A stretch of DNA of 64,000 nucleotides from contig NIVC01002247.1 in assembly GCA_002269645.1 (NCBI GenBank), positions 94,529 through 158,528 on the forward strand, read 5' to 3'. This DNA is from Macrostomum lignano (Eukaryota). The notes under the pieces were generated by a model. It was not told the DNA's origin. It worked only from the letters and a program-made list of their open reading frames with translations, and made no database searches. A program made the translations under genes and the position numbers. This document shows, in pieces, positions 62,209 to 64,000 of the stretch. Within the stretch, counting starts at the first letter, position 1. Each line of letters begins with the position of its first letter.

Positions 62209-64000
62209 ATGGAGTACGACCCCGCTTTTCCAACCGAGTGAGTTTGCTGTTCCATCAGATACCATGCATCACTGAAACTATTATCTGGACTGGAGCAGAC
62301 TCAGACTGAATAGTCCAGATGTGTTTCAGTGGTCCATGATTGCAGCCATGGTTGCGAAATTTATTTTCCACATTAATAACAATCAACAAATAACTTTTCA
62401 GTGAGCTGGACGAGATTCCGATGCCAGTGCAGGCTGTCAATAGAGCCGCGCCGCCGCCGCCCCCTCCGCCTCCGCCGCCTCCCCCGCCACCCCCTCCGTC
62501 ACCGCCGCCGCCTCCACCGCCGCCGCCTTCGTCATCGCCGCCTCGGCCGCCGGCCCGAAACCTCCGCAAGTCGCCGCCGCCGTCATCCAGCCGATCCGAC
62601 ATTGACGACGACTTCGACGGCGACAAGGACTTTGGCAATGTGGCCGACATTCCCCTGCCGGACCAGCTGCCGGCGCTGGAGCACACCGCGGCCCCTCCAC
62701 CGCCGGATTTGTCGCACCTGTCCGCCGGCTTTCACCATTCGGCCAGCAGCGGGCCGGTGAAATTCGCACTGAAAAGCGCATTCGGCATGATCAGCTACGC
62801 CAAGAGCGGCTCCGCTGTGCCCTACTCCCAGCAGCAACCGTCTCAGCAGCCGTCAATTGTGGTTGCTTCAATGCAGCAGCAGTCTGGTGGGCAGCAGAGT
62901 GCCACTTCGCCCACCCAGCAGCAGCAGCAGCAACAACAGCAGCAGTGGAAGCAGCCAATGCCGGTCCAAGCACCGGCCGGACCGGGCAAACGGAAGCCGC
63001 TAACCTTGCAGACTGGCGTTTTGCCGGCTAAAAGAAAGAAACTGCCAGAATCGGACAGCGGCCCAGCTAGCAATGCCGGACAGGCCGGCGGTGGCAGCGG
63101 CGGTGGAGGCGCCGCGCCCATCGGCAACCGACGCGCAGAGCTTTTCCTACCTAACGCGGCCGACATCGAGAAGACGCCAATCCAACCGTTCGAGTCCGGA
63201 TCTGGCGGCTCCTCGGTGCCCAGCACCACGGCGGCCTCATCTTCAGGAGCCGCCCTGACTGGATCTGCAAGCGGTAGTCGCACCCGCGCTGACAGTGGAA
63301 ACAGATCCGGTAGTTCCGTTGTCACCGAGTCCAGCGCAGCTGGCGGCATAACCAGCCTCATGAGCAGCAGCATTGGAGGCGTGTCCTCGCTTGGCTCTGG
63401 CGGCCTCGCCAGCCTAAGCGGTGTCGGTGGCCTCAGCGGACTCTCTGGCCTTGGTGGTGTCGGCGGGCTGTCCAGTCTTGGCGGCATCTCCAGCCTCAGC
63501 GGTTCCAGTGCCCTTTCAAACCTCGGCCTGCCAAGCTTGAAACCATCAGCCCAGGGCAAGCCGAAGCATAACCGGCCGAACCTGCTGCTGGCCGCCAAGC
63601 AGGCAGCCGAGGCGCCCACTGCCAGTCGTGTCGCACCTGAATCCGGCCGCGCTGCCGCCCATTCCCGGCGCTCTGATGACCGCCAGGAGCGACGATCGGT
63701 TTGCGATCTTCGCGAGAACGCGAACTGCTCATGATGCACCAGCGCGACGACGGCTATGTGCAGCGCGATCCGGCGAGGACGACGGAGGGGGTGAAGGAGG
63801 AGGAAGCCGGCGCCGTCGCCGCTCCAGTGGCCTCGCACGGCACCGGCACAGGCACCGCAAGCGGAGGCGCGGCTCACGCTCCCCAGACAGCCGGCGCCAT
63901 CGGCCACAGCAGGCACCGAAAGTCTTCGTCGTCTCCGCGCCGGTCGCATCGTGCCTCGTCGCCGGGAGCCTCGCCGAAGAGACATCACGGCGGCGAGCGT
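62209..64000 (+). CDS. Pro/Gly/Ser/Gln-rich low-complexity protein, 3' truncated; tentative exons 62209-62237 and 62402 onward
   Basis: ATG-EYDPAFPT-GA|GTGAGT joins in phase 2 to TTTTCAG|T-ELDEIPMP... and a 437-aa open frame to TGA 63734. A second frame stays open from 63680 to the window end (HRKSSSSPRRSHRASSP). Family not recognised. Confidence 0.6.

Overview
Eukaryotic genomic DNA with spliced genes. GC-rich, Ala/Gln-rich exons, introns filled with minisatellites and TTAGGG-like tracts resemble a free-living flatworm such as Macrostomum lignano; this is an inference from composition only. I built the gene models by hand from GT-AG junctions with consistent phase. They are: a galectin-like tandem-domain gene (+, partial); four consecutive minus-strand genes (Emi1/Emi2-like F-box APC/C inhibitor, a 93-aa stand-alone TOX4-C-terminus-like microprotein, CCR4/CNOT6 deadenylase, effector caspase); an orphan low-complexity gene (+); a Chk2-like FHA kinase (-); RRN3/TIF-IA (+); and a truncated Pro/Gly/Ser-rich gene (+). 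Mobile DNA: a decayed piggyBac carrying a nested 5'-truncated LINE, three non-autonomous hAT elements with perfect 8-bp TSDs, a Mutator-like MITE with a 9-bp TSD inserted into a minisatellite, a Charlie-like MITE and a degenerate SINE. More than 20 distinct tandem arrays occur, and most long introns have their own unit. Most long ORFs in the supplied track are translations of these arrays. Best leads: the HMG-less TOX4-CTD microprotein, the operon-like minus-strand cluster, a caspase 3'UTR array whose unit carries splice donor, acceptor and AUUUA motifs, and a minisatellite that appears to have grown from a hAT subterminal motif.
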